From the NCBI GenBank assembly GCA_963744145.1, contig CAVUSO010000001.1:3456001-3520000 (forward strand): DNA of 64,000 nucleotides, read 5' to 3'. Origin of the DNA: an uncultured cyanobacterium (GTDB lineage: Bacteria > Cyanobacteriota > Cyanobacteriia > Cyanobacteriales > CAWUOF01). This document shows, one piece after another, positions 11,697-21,907 of this stretch. The position numbers were made by a program, and so were the translations under genes. The notes under the pieces are model-generated. The model was given only the letters and a program-made list of their open reading frames with translations, ran no database searches and was not told where the DNA came from. Every line of letters begins with the position of its first letter. Position 1 is the first letter of the stretch.

Positions 11697-12061
11697 AGAT
11701 TTTTGACTGATCCGACTGATCATCTCAGTTCAGTTAGAAAAAGCTCAACGGTTATATTGAGCAATTTATGGGACAGATCAGATGTGGGACAGACATCTTG
11801 TCTGTCCTAGTTATTTTTGTCATACCTACAGAAACCGCTTGGGTTGAAGTTGAGACTACATATTTAGTATTTCTTTACAATTAGCCCGATCGCTGATCAA
11901 CCCTAGTTTTTACCCCTGAGAGCAATTCCTCTCTACCTGTTTCGGCACCTCCAAAGATTAAAATTAAGTTAAAATTCAGTAAAATAAGCCATAATGCTTG
12001 TATCTAATTAGTGAAATTTGCGATAGCATAGATTTAAAACAAAAAAAGAAGGAGAAATGAA

Positions 12062-12277
12062 ATGACCAATTACACAATTTCTAACTATGATCGATCTAGC
12101 TACAATACTCTAGCCCAGATATTTACTAACGCAATTCTATCTGGATTTTTAACAACCACAGAACGGCTGCAATTAAAAGACACTCTCTTAGATGATTCAC
12201 TCCTAGATGATGATCTCGCGATCGTCAACCGATTGCTGTATGCTATCCGTCGCAATATGCTGAAATTATCCGCGTAA
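12062..12277 (+). CDS. Small cyanobacterial hypothetical protein, paralog 1
   Basis: 71 aa, AAGGAG RBS, 53/71 identical to the 12773 ORF; NRLLYAIRR tail. Confidence 0.8.
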   Translation: MTNYTISNYDRSSYNTLAQIFTNAILSGFLTTTERLQLKDTLLDDSLLDDDLAIVNRLLYAIRRNMLKLSA

Positions 12278-12772
12278 GGCTTGGACTGTCCGTTCCCGAG
12301 ACATTTGGTTTGGCTATTAATTCGTAATTACGATCGCGATTAATCCGGAAAGAATGCTGTGTACACAGTTTTGAACAACTTGATATTAGACTATCTGAGT
12401 TGATTCTAGTAAATCTTTAAGATCACCTTGAATTTCTCTACCAGATTAAGACTTAGGCACAAGATTCAATAAGTTTTAACCATTTATCAGCAAAGATAGT
12501 GACCTTGAGATCAGTGGCCACAATTTGGGATTGTCCAAAAATTGGCCATTGCTGTTTAATGCTAATTGGTGGACAAAGTTGATTATAAAGTTTACTTAAA
12601 CTTAATGGTACTCGACTAGGTTTTATGGTTGTCGCGATCGCGTTTGATCAGCTTTAATCCCAAAGATTATTAAGATTAAGTAAACTTTAAGGAAAACCGT
12701 ACTAATACTTGTAGCTAATTAGTGAAAGTGATGATAAGATGGAATTAAAGTTAAAAAAGAAGGATAAATGAA

Positions 12773-12988
12773 ATGACTAATTACACAGCCTGTAACTATG
12801 ATCGCTCGATTTATAATACTCTTACCGAGCTATTCAGTGACGCGATTCTATCTGGTTTTTTAACTACAACAGGACGGAAACAATTACAAGAAACGCTACT
12901 TGATGATGAGCTGATTCAAGACGATTTAATCATCGTGAATCGATTACTGTATGCGATCCGTCATAATCTGTTGAAGTTATCCGCTTAA
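12773..12988 (+). CDS. Small cyanobacterial hypothetical protein, paralog 2
   Basis: 71 aa, AAGGA RBS; tandem paralog of the 12062 ORF with a similar upstream region. Confidence 0.8.
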   Translation: MTNYTACNYDRSIYNTLTELFSDAILSGFLTTTGRKQLQETLLDDELIQDDLIIVNRLLYAIRHNLLKLSA

Positions 12989-13629
12989 TCTTTTGCTGGT
13001 AATTATAGTTTGATGCTAGCAATGCCAACGAAGGTAATTCTAACAGAGAAAAGGTAAGCGATCGTCTCCATGTTATGTTCGGAGCGATCGCTAACCAGTA
13101 AATCCATTTATAGCTATACGGGGATATCTTCCCATTTACGCACAGAATGACGGGAAGAGTATAGTTGTTTTAACAAATGATGGACATCCCGATAGGTATC
13201 TGTTTGCTTAATCGCGTTAAGATAGATAATCTGTTGGGCTACCTGGGGAAGTTGAAAACACCAATACAAACTCATTAATGGATTGATCCAAAGCTTGCTT
13301 CCTCGAGTTCTAGGGGTGACATGATAATCTCCGTAATGACCAGCTAATGCGGAAAGAATAGAGCTATTAACAATACTAATATCTTCTGGCATTGTCTGAA
13401 AAACATACTCACTTGCTTGTCGATATTGCTCGACCTCAGACATCTCCTGAAGTAAAGAGAATGTGCCTAGAAATCCACCACTTGTAATTAGTCCTGCGAT
13501 ATTTTCTAGGACATGGGCATGACAAACACCATGATAACGATCAATTCCAAATCCCAGACAAACCAGAAGCTTTTTTTTAACTGAAAGTTCATCAACTACG
13601 GCAATACTGGTAACATCTTCATGTGGTGT

Positions 13630-15102
13630 CAATACGGTTCGGTTAAGCTAAAAATCAGGTAAAATGAAAGTGTCACCTAAATGGAATGAGTAGGAATGCA
13701 GCTCAAAGAATTCACTGTAATATCACCTGTGGTCGAATCAGGGATGATCCTCAAAGCGTTAGAAACAGCGATTCCATCGACAGCAATTGAAAAAGCCATT
13801 GAAGATACCAATAGAAAAGAGGAACGACAAAGAGCATTACCAACGCATCTGGTTATCTGTCTAATCATTGGGATGAGTCTATGGTCTAGGGGGTCAATGA
13901 GGACAGTGTTGAAAAATCTGGTTGATGGCTTAAATGAAGCATGGGTCAGAGTTAGTTATTATTGGCGAATACCATGTAAATCATCAATTACAGAAGCTAG
14001 ACAGCGAGTAGGTGCAGGGGTAATGCGGCATCTGTTTCACATAGTAGTTAGACCACAGGCTACTAGGGAAACCCCAGGGGCTTTTTTAGGTGAAAAGCGA
14101 ATTATGGCTGTAGATGGAACAGTGTTTGATGTGCCAGATAGCGACACAAATGCCAGAGTATTTGGATATCCAGCTAGTCGTCCTGGAACTAGAGCCGCGT
14201 TTCCCAAGGTGCGTTTGGTTCTATTGATTGAAGCAGGAACACATTTAATTGTAGATGCCTTGATCTGCCCTTACCGAATCGGTGAGCGAGTCAGAGTGAA
14301 AAGGTTACTACGGTCAGTCACCACTGGAATGTTATTAATGTGGGATCGTGGATTGCATTCTTATGCAATGGTGCAAGCCACCTTGTCCCAAAAATGTGAT
14401 TATTTGGGACGCATCCCCAAAAATGTTAAATTTCCTGTGGAGCAGGTATTGGATGATGGTTCCTATCTCTCCTGGATTGCTCCCGACGGCAAGTCGAAAA
14501 AACAGGGCATGACCAAAATTATGGTTCGAGTCATTGAATACACTATTGATAATGGCGAAGCACAAACTTACCGTCTGATTACCAGTTTGACGGACATCGC
14601 TTTATTTCCAGCTTTATTATTAGCCACAGAATATCATCGTCGTTGGGAAGTTGAAAATACTATCGATGAATTGAAGGTTCATCAATTGGGACGTAAAACT
14701 CTGATTCGTTCTCTTCATCCCCGTGAAGTGGTTCAGGAAATTTATGGTTGGCTCCTCGGACATTGGGCGGTTCGTTCTCTCATGTTGACCGACGGCCACC
14801 TCTGCTCACATCTCCCCTTTACGATTGAGTTTTACTGGTACTCTCAATGTTGTCCGTCGTGCTATTCCCAAATTTCAGCGCCTTCAACCAGAAGAATTTC
14901 CCCTTTTTTTTAGTTGGTTGATCAGGGAAATTTTGGATGAACCAATTCCCAAACGTGAAGGTAGAAGTAACCCTCGTGTTATTAAAAAAACTCGCGCCAA
15001 ATTTCCATCCAAGAAACCAATTCATAGAGGTCAGGGAGTTAAACATGAAACCCTCAATTTTTCTATCCTCAATACTGCTTAAAGCTTAACCGAACCGTAT
15101 TG
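13630..15102 (+). mobile_element. IS4-family insertion sequence, 1473 bp
   Basis: Perfect 20-bp TIRs CAATACGGTTCGGTTAAGCT (13630-13649; 15083-15102) and 10-bp TSD CATGTGGTGT (13620-13629; 15103-15112). Confidence 0.95.
13696..15082 (+). pseudogene. IS4-family DDE transposase, frameshifted near 14790
   Basis: AVDGT, WDRG, Y..RWEVENTIDELK (YREK) motifs; the C-terminus (ISPLRLSFTGTLNVVRRA...NPRVIK) continues in another frame to 15082. Confidence 0.88.
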
Positions 15103-15724
15103 CATGTGGTGTTCCCAGTCCAATTTCATTACCACACATTAAGCTATCTGTGCCACCATCGATGAGAATAACGGTATCGAGTAATAACGCTTCTACCAAA
15201 GCTTGGTAACTGACTAGCAGTGGCTTAAACCCAGTCCGCTCAAAACAATAAATGGGAGTTTCTTGTCCCTTTTGCCGAAACCAAGTTGCTAGATATTGTT
15301 CAGGAAAGTAACGATTAAAACATGGCGTATCTGCGGTTACTTTTAGGAGATGAGGAGATAGTTTTTCCTGCTGACTAGGAGGAAGAAATGAAAATGATAA
15401 ATTAGCGAGATAGACTGTCTTACCCTGAGATTTCAAACTGAAATACAGCGGTAATCCACAAAAAATGTCAAATCCTCCTCCTGCACCAGCTAACAGGATC
15501 GTTTCTGACTGTTCTAATTCTGTAAACAAGGGCAAATTTTGTAATTGCATATTAATAGTAAGGATTGTCTAGGCTGTGTTAAAATATATATTGACAAGAG
15601 TGCTGTTAATTCGGCTATTGGCGAATAGCTAAACAACTTTTTGATTTTTCACAGGAATTTGGGCGATCGCCTTGTTCAGCACAATCAATTTTCTCGCACA
15701 TAAACTAAATTGAGAATAATTAAT

Positions 15725-15738
15725 GTATCTCAAGATAC
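15725..15738. promoter_or_regulatory. NtcA-binding site upstream of cnfR/patB
   Basis: GTA-TCTCAAGA-TAC within the palindrome TGTATCT-CA-AGATACA, about 130 bp upstream of the ATG at 15870. Confidence 0.75.
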
Positions 15739-15869
15739 AAAAATTTGATCAATATTTTTGAAAAATAAAGAAAATATTAAGTAATGTTTAATTGTTTAGC
15801 GTGAACAAAATAACATCCATCTCTAATTGAGAATACTGCCAATAAGTTATTATGTGATTGGTATCCATC

Positions 15870-17468
15870 ATGTCTTATTCTATCACCAATCGTTGTTTGC
15901 AGTGTGATACTTGTGAACCTCTTTGTCCAACAGGAGCAATCAAGCCAAAAGACGATTCCTATTGGATCGATCCTGATTTATGTGATAACTGTGAAAGTCA
16001 TCCTGTCCCTCAATGTGTAATTTCTTGTCCAGTGAACGCTCCAGTTCCGGTTCAAGCAAAAAAAGGGAGGTATAAAACTGATACAACTCGAACTATTCCG
16101 AGTGCAAATATTTTTACTAATGGTAAAACCAATCCTTTTGCTTCAGCTATAGCGATCTGGGAATTATCTAATATTCTCGTCCAGGGAGAATCTCTATCTT
16201 GGGACATAGAAGATACTGGAGAACTATGCTATCAACGGCAAATTTTAAATGGAAAAGGTAAGATTGTCTATCGAATTACCAATTCTTTAGGAGTTGATCT
16301 ACCTGTAGCACTGCAACATTCCGAAGCATTTTTAGTAATTAAATCCTTTGATATTAAAGCTGCTTGTCTGAATTTAATCTATGCTGCCCAGATTACAGCC
16401 CTGGCGCGTCCTTGGGAACAAGAATTCATGATCAATGATCTGCAAATCGAAGAATACTTAGGATTAGATAAACGTAAAGACTTAAGTAAATCTGCTAAAT
16501 TAGCTTTGATCAAAGAATTAGCCCAACAACCCTGTAGACTAATTGCTAGTATTGATTTGCCATCTCAAGGAAAGATCAAAGGAGTTTCGCTCAAAAATAG
16601 TCCGCTCTGGCACCTATTAGAAATTCAACATCATTTTCAAGAAGATGAGCATGGATGTAAACATTTAGTAGGATTAACTTTCCGGATCAAAGCAGGAGAA
16701 TGGACGAAAATTTTTCTCAATCGACAAGGTTGTAAAGAACGAAATAGCTTTTATCAATATGGCACCCTACCAAAAGCATTATTAAATGCAGTAATGAGTA
16801 TTTGGCAACAACATCCAGGTGCAGCCAGGATGTTACTTTGGTTATTATTTAAAACCAAAATGGGTAAAGAACAGCGCATCACCGTACCCACCTTAATGCG
16901 AGTTGCTTATGGTGAAAAGAAAGTCAATAGTGCATCAGCCCAAAAAGATGAACGTAAACGATTAATAAAAATCTTTGAGAATGATTTAGAAGTGATTAGT
17001 AGCTATGGATTAAACCCAGTATTCGATCCCGTTACTTATCCATTAGAAATTCAACCCCTGTGGGTGAAATTGAGAAATATTCCCGAAGACGCAGAAGCAG
17101 CTTTAGATTTTTGGATTGCTGACGGTAGTAAAAATCATCGCTTGACTGATGTGGCACCTCGTGGTAAGTGGAACCGTCTGATCAATGCAAGAATATTATA
17201 TTTTGAAATTCCTCCTGAATGGGAATCTCCCACAAAAACGAAAGCAACTCAGTCTGAGAAAACTAAAAAGAAAACAAAAGTTAAATCATCCATTGAAATT
17301 TCACCACAACAAATTATTGAGGCTAGAAAAATAAAACTTTTGAGCCAAAGAGAATTAGCATCATTAACCGGAAAAAGCCAAAGTTGGATTAGAGATATTG
17401 AAAATGGTCGTTTCCGACTTAAGGAAGAAGATCAAATGTTATTGCGAAATGTCTTAGGGATGATGTAG
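15870..17468 (+). CDS. cnfR: CnfR/PatB transcriptional activator of nif genes (N-terminal 2x[4Fe-4S] ferredoxin domain, C-terminal XRE-type HTH)
   Basis: CLQCDTCEPLCP and CDNC......QCVISCP at the N-terminus; LSQRELASLTGKSQSWIRDIENGR HTH at the C-terminus; about 530 aa. ATG at 15870 preferred. Confidence 0.88.
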   Translation: MSYSITNRCLQCDTCEPLCPTGAIKPKDDSYWIDPDLCDNCESHPVPQCVISCPVNAPVPVQAKKGRYKTDTTRTIPSANIFTNGKTNPFASAIAIWELSNILVQGESLSWDIEDTGELCYQRQILNGKGKIVYRITNSLGVDLPVALQHSEAFLVIKSFDIKAACLNLIYAAQITALARPWEQEFMINDLQIEEYLGLDKRKDLSKSAKLALIKELAQQPCRLIASIDLPSQGKIKGVSLKNSPLWHLLEIQHHFQEDEHGCKHLVGLTFRIKAGEWTKIFLNRQGCKERNSFYQYGTLPKALLNAVMSIWQQHPGAARMLLWLLFKTKMGKEQRITVPTLMRVAYGEKKVNSASAQKDERKRLIKIFENDLEVISSYGLNPVFDPVTYPLEIQPLWVKLRNIPEDAEAALDFWIADGSKNHRLTDVAPRGKWNRLINARILYFEIPPEWESPTKTKATQSEKTKKKTKVKSSIEISPQQIIEARKIKLLSQRELASLTGKSQSWIRDIENGRFRLKEEDQMLLRNVLGMM

Positions 17469-17523
17469 TTAGCGATCGCTAATTACATTAGCAGGTTTAA
17501 ACCAGTGCGATCGCTGGTAAATC

Positions 17524-18255
17524 TTAAAAATTTGGCAAATTATCAGGATCAATACCCTGAGCTTTTAAATAAGCGATCAACTTTTCTTTTTCCTGATGTT
17601 CCTGTGCAATTTTTTCTACTGCCCAAAGTAATAAGTTCCCCTCGTAATCCCACCATCTTAACCAATATCCATCTCTACCTTCTTTTAGACCTTGCCAAAC
17701 CCCCAAAAACAAGTCTATTCCGGGAATCCAATAACGACCATTTTCATCAGGTTGTTTTGAGATATAACGCCCATTTTCTAGGTCACGATATTCGATGAAA
17801 CCTTTATAAGGGTTAAATGTCACATAAATAGGAATTTTCAATAAACATTCATAAAAAAAATATTTTCCTTGGGGATAGGTCTGTTTACCAGAAAATTTGT
17901 CACCGTTTTTATTTGATAAGAATTCTATTACTATAATAGGAAGTTCTCCGTCTAAATAGGGCGTATAAGCTGGTCTTTCTGCTAATATTTCTTTCACTGA
18001 TGGTACATAAAACCAATCTGGTGCCTTGGCTAGAAATTGACCGTTAATCGTAGCACATAGACCGATATGAGAGCCAATTAATATCTGGGGCTGAATTAAT
18101 CCAGCGATTTCTAGACTTTCACATAATGCTCCAGATAAAAGGGTTTGTGCTGTATTTTCGATGAATTCATTTTCTAATTTAAAATCCTTTGGTAAGGGTT
18201 CCCAGGTCATAATAAATTCTACGAATCTTGAAGTTGGAATTGGTTTGTCTGTCAT
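17524..18255 (-). CDS. Uma2 family endonuclease-like protein
   Basis: KAPDWFYV, P.IVIEFLS, WLRWWD..GNLL, LKAQGIDPD tail; diverged paralog of the next gene. Confidence 0.88.
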   Translation of the reverse strand: MTDKPIPTSRFVEFIMTWEPLPKDFKLENEFIENTAQTLLSGALCESLEIAGLIQPQILIGSHIGLCATINGQFLAKAPDWFYVPSVKEILAERPAYTPYLDGELPIIVIEFLSNKNGDKFSGKQTYPQGKYFFYECLLKIPIYVTFNPYKGFIEYRDLENGRYISKQPDENGRYWIPGIDLFLGVWQGLKEGRDGYWLRWWDYEGNLLLWAVEKIAQEHQEKEKLIAYLKAQGIDPDNLPNF

Positions 18256-18348
18256 AAATATGCTCTGGTTTAATTAAAGTGTAGCGATCGCTAACTTTAT
18301 TCTATTATAAAGAGAACAATTTAAAGAAACTGCGATCGCTGGTAAATC

Positions 18349-19215
18349 TTAAAAATTTGGCAAATTATCAGGATCAATACCCTGAGCTTTTAAATAAGCA
18401 ATCAACCTTTCTTTTTCCTGTCGCTCCTGTTCAGCCCGTTGACGTTCCTGTTCAGCCCGTTGTTGTTCCTGTTCAGCCCGTTGACGTTCCTGTTCGGCCC
18501 GTTGGTACTCTTGTTCAGCCCGTTGTCGTTCTAGTTGAATCCGTTGTCGTTCTAATTCCAGCTTTTCTACTCCCCAGGGTAATAAGTTCCCTTCTTGATC
18601 CCACCATCTTAACCAATATCCAGTTGTTGTGGCTTTTTGACCGCGCCAAGTTCCTAAAAATAATCCCATTTCGGGAATCCAATGACGGCCATTTTCATCG
18701 GGTAGTTTTAATTCGTATCGTTCATGTTCTAGTTGATAATATTCTAATAAACCGCCATCCGGGTCAAAGATCACATAGATGGGCACTTGCAATATTTGTT
18801 CATAAAAAAACCATTTTCCCGGTGGATAGGTCTTTTCCTCGTTATATTCCTCACCGTCTTGGTTTGAGATGAATTCCATCACGATCAAAGGAATATCTCC
18901 TTCTAAATGAGGAGTATAACTGGGACGTTTCATGATGATGTCTTTGACGGAGGGAATGTAGACCCAATCCGGAGCTTTGGCGATAAATTCCCCATTGATC
19001 GTTGCACACAAACCAAAGTTAGAAGCAATTAACATTTGGGGTTGAATGAATCCAGCGATTTCTAAACTTTCCCATAAAGCTCCAGCTAACAGGGGTTGTC
19101 CGGTATTGTCCACTGGTTCATCCTCTAAGTGAAAATTATCAGGTAATGGTTCCCATGCGATCGCCATTCCTGTGGGTAATTTAGTTGGATTGAGTACAGT
19201 TACCATCAATACCAC
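18349..19215 (-). CDS. Uma2 family endonuclease-like protein with RAEQERQ coiled-coil repeats
   Basis: KAPDWVY, IVMEFIS, GKWFFYEQIL, WLRWWD; 21-bp tandem repeats at about 18416-18552. Confidence 0.92.
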   Translation of the reverse strand: MVLMVTVLNPTKLPTGMAIAWEPLPDNFHLEDEPVDNTGQPLLAGALWESLEIAGFIQPQMLIASNFGLCATINGEFIAKAPDWVYIPSVKDIIMKRPSYTPHLEGDIPLIVMEFISNQDGEEYNEEKTYPPGKWFFYEQILQVPIYVIFDPDGGLLEYYQLEHERYELKLPDENGRHWIPEMGLFLGTWRGQKATTTGYWLRWWDQEGNLLPWGVEKLELERQRIQLERQRAEQEYQRAEQERQRAEQEQQRAEQERQRAEQERQEKERLIAYLKAQGIDPDNLPNF

Positions 19216-19328
19216 CTTGAGTTTATTTGTTAACTAATTATAACCCAATTAATTTGCTAAAAAAATTGAGTCGCCAAAGAGCAAAGTAAAGAAGTGTAAA
19301 GAGCTATCATAGCTATTATAGCCAAGGG

Positions 19329-19475
19329 CTAAGAAGTCCATCCAACCGAGCAGACAACCCGAAAGCCGATGACGATGACGAGGTTGCTGTCATCCGGCCA
19401 ATAATAGAAGCGATACGCAGAACGACAATCCTGCGGGTTATTGCCCCACGACCCACCGCGCCCCAGTCGCCTGTA
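19329..19475 (-). other. Candidate DGR variable region plus IMH-like tail
   Basis: GC-rich 3' end of an AT-rich gene; codons GGC AAT AAC...TTC TAT TAT...GAC AGC AAC CTC GTC ATC GTC keep C/T at position 3, as expected from mutated AAC/AAT codons. Confidence 0.65.
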
Positions 19476-21041
19476 AGAATTATTCTCATTATCATTTTGC
19501 TCTTCATTGATCCGGGCACTTCCATCATTAGGTGCCCCTTCATAATTATAGTGCCAATGGTCTAGACACAATTCCCAGACGTTCCCGTGCATATCATATA
19601 AGCCAAATCTATTTGCTGCCTTAAAACTTCCTACTGAGCTTGTTTCTTTTCGATAAATCCCTGTTGAACCAAAACCATAGATATAATTACCATCATAGTT
19701 AGCTAAATCTGTCGTGATTGTTTCCCCAAAATGAAATGGTGTAGTCGTTCCCGCTCGACAAGCATATTCCCATTCTGCTTCACTTGGTAATCTATATTCT
19801 CTTCCTGTCTTCCTTGACAACCGATCGCAAAATTCTACTGCTTCATTCCAGGTAACCCTTTCTACTGGGCGATCGCTTCCTTTAAATCTAGATGGATCTA
19901 ACTTAAGCTCTCGATTAACTTGAGGTAAACTTGCTATCTCCTTCCACTGTGCTTGGGTTATAGGATATTTACCCATAAAAAATGGTTTAACTGATACTTC
20001 ATGTAAAGGACTTTCATTGTATTCATGTCCTTCTTCATCTTCTGGTGAACCCATCATAAAGACACCTTCAGGAATATAAACCATTTCTAGATGAACATTA
20101 TTTCCTAAGTCTTCCCTATAACCTCTAGCTTGGTCTAAATAACGTTCAATTTTATAGGATTCACTAGATGGATCAAATTTTATTTCTGCAACTTCAAATT
20201 CAAAAGATTGTAGGTCAATAGTTGAATCTATACCCTGACTTTCAACACCAACAGCTACTTCTTCTTGAAAAGTTTGGGAAGTCTGAATACCTTCATCCTC
20301 AAAAATAGTACCCGGAAATTCTCTCAAATTCTCTGGCAAAACTTCATCTGATAATTTTAGTTCTAGATTACCTACCGGATAGGAGCGGGTTAAATCACTC
20401 GGATCTACTTCTTCTGATCTTTTCAATAATCTTTGCACCAATTGAGCAAATTCTAATAAACTAGGTTCCCCTTGCAATTGAGGTGATAAATCTTTAGTAA
20501 TTTGTGCTAACCGTTCAAATTCTACCCTAATTTCTGATTCCGTCAGTTGAGCATTAGCTTCTAGGAAACGTCTTGCTATTTCTTCAGCAACTTGGTTACA
20601 GTAATCATCCCCTAAAAATACCATTGCTGCCCAACGTTGTACTTCTAATTCTTTTTCCCTTCTCCCTGGATTAATCCTACTCAAATAATTAACATAGCTA
20701 ATTAAATCCTGGGCAACTTCTCTCATGCGTTTTGGGCCATAATGTTCCTTCATTTCTTGAATCAGATAGGATCTGATATGAGTGTCCATTGCATATAATT
20801 CATAACCTACTTGACTACATAATTCTGATAGCAATAAATCTACTTCTGCTACCCAAGGAACATTGTCACTTTTTAAAAATTGATTACGCAAATAGTTAAC
20901 TAATTCCGGTGTCAATACTAAAGGTAGTGCTGCATGATATGCTAACAATAGATAGGAGGGCTGAAAACGTCCTACAAATCGGTTAACTGTTGCAACTGCG
21001 GTTTCTTGCTCCCATTCTGCTAAATCTATTTCTTGTGTCAT
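19329..21041 (-). CDS. FGE-sulfatase (SUMF1 / C-type-lectin fold) protein with N-terminal domain typical of MoxR-vWA system partners; probable DGR target
   Basis: FMMGSPE, KYPITQAQW, RLPSEAEWEYACRAGT, FGLYDMHGNVWE, RGGSW..GFRVV; N-terminal LAYHAALPLVLTPELVNYLR...EVDLLLS.LC..VGYELY.MD..IR. Confidence 0.9.
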   Translation of the reverse strand: MTQEIDLAEWEQETAVATVNRFVGRFQPSYLLLAYHAALPLVLTPELVNYLRNQFLKSDNVPWVAEVDLLLSELCSQVGYELYAMDTHIRSYLIQEMKEHYGPKRMREVAQDLISYVNYLSRINPGRREKELEVQRWAAMVFLGDDYCNQVAEEIARRFLEANAQLTESEIRVEFERLAQITKDLSPQLQGEPSLLEFAQLVQRLLKRSEEVDPSDLTRSYPVGNLELKLSDEVLPENLREFPGTIFEDEGIQTSQTFQEEVAVGVESQGIDSTIDLQSFEFEVAEIKFDPSSESYKIERYLDQARGYREDLGNNVHLEMVYIPEGVFMMGSPEDEEGHEYNESPLHEVSVKPFFMGKYPITQAQWKEIASLPQVNRELKLDPSRFKGSDRPVERVTWNEAVEFCDRLSRKTGREYRLPSEAEWEYACRAGTTTPFHFGETITTDLANYDGNYIYGFGSTGIYRKETSSVGSFKAANRFGLYDMHGNVWELCLDHWHYNYEGAPNDGSARINEEQNDNENNSYRRLGRGGSWGNNPQDCRSAYRFYYWPDDSNLVIVIGFRVVCSVGWTS

Positions 21042-21250
21042 ATTATATTTTTAATGAAACCAAAATCTGGGCAGGGCTGTTTCATGCTCTATTCTCGCAC
21101 AATCAACCTAACCCTACCCAATTTTCCATAGTCCAAACACCATAATTAGCGATCGCCAAACCCCAATATCCCCAATAAAAATGCCCCACCATTACAGTAG
21201 GGCAATCAATCAGGGTTCTTTAAAGGTCGGAGACGTTAGATTTGATAGGT

Positions 21251-21700
21251 TTAGTTAGATTGATTGGAGTTATCATCAAAATGATGTTGATGAGATTCAG
21301 CGTGATTTTTAAGTTGTTGTAGTTGGTCTGGCGTTAAGATCGCCTCAAATTGGCTTCTTACACTTTCGTGAATTTGTTTAAGTTGTGCTTTTTGGTCAGC
21401 ACTAAGAGTTATATTAGGTCTAGTATGGTTGGCTCTGGCTGCCGCTAATTGAGCTTGTTGATCAGCCGTGAAAACAGCAGATTCTTGTTGACGACTAGAT
21501 TCAAAAATTTGTTTCATTTGTGTTTTTTGGGCATCAGTTAAGTTTAAATTTTCAAATCTATCTTCCATTCCATGTCTTCCACCATATCCACCTGTTTGAG
21601 CAGAATCAGCAAGAGCTGGACTGAAGGAAGCGATTACAGGAGATACAGCAAGAGTTAGAGCGATTAGACCAGGTAATAAGAAAGATGCTTTGAGTTTCAT
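21251..21700 (-). CDS. Spy/CpxP family periplasmic chaperone-like protein
   Basis: Signal peptide; repeated LTxxQ motifs (LNLTDAQKTQM, FTADQ, LSADQK, ILTPDQ). Confidence 0.85.
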   Translation of the reverse strand: MKLKASFLLPGLIALTLAVSPVIASFSPALADSAQTGGYGGRHGMEDRFENLNLTDAQKTQMKQIFESSRQQESAVFTADQQAQLAAARANHTRPNITLSADQKAQLKQIHESVRSQFEAILTPDQLQQLKNHAESHQHHFDDNSNQSN

Positions 21701-21907
21701 AGTTGAGAAAGTTTTGATAGTGTTTTTTTGAGTAAGAGTTGTAACCTTTTTGAGTTAGCTCTTTTTCTTCATGTTTACAGAATAGCTATTTAAAACTTGT
21801 TCTAATAGTCTCTAAAGTAATGAGTTAACAGATGATAAAAGTTATAGTTATATCAATTTCATTTATTCTAGCTACAGTTCAATCCCCCCTAACCCCCCTT
21901 AAAAAGG

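Larger units (their letters stand above)
13114..15550 (-). pseudogene. DUF1152 family protein interrupted by an IS4-family element
   Basis: N-half 15550-15103 (LLAGAGGGFDIFCGLP, DGGTDSLM.G.E.GLGTPH) and C-half 13619-13114 (EDVTS...GFGID..HG) rejoin in frame after removing the IS and one TSD copy. Confidence 0.9.

Noticed and set aside
18416..18552. 21-bp tandem repeats and the antisense ORF 18357-18872
   Set aside because: Ordinary RAEQERQ coiled-coil tail of Uma2 proteins; the antisense ORF is its shadow.
19316..19543. Alternative-frame 75-aa ORF over the FGE 3' end
   Set aside because: By-product of the NNC-rich variable region, not a separate gene.
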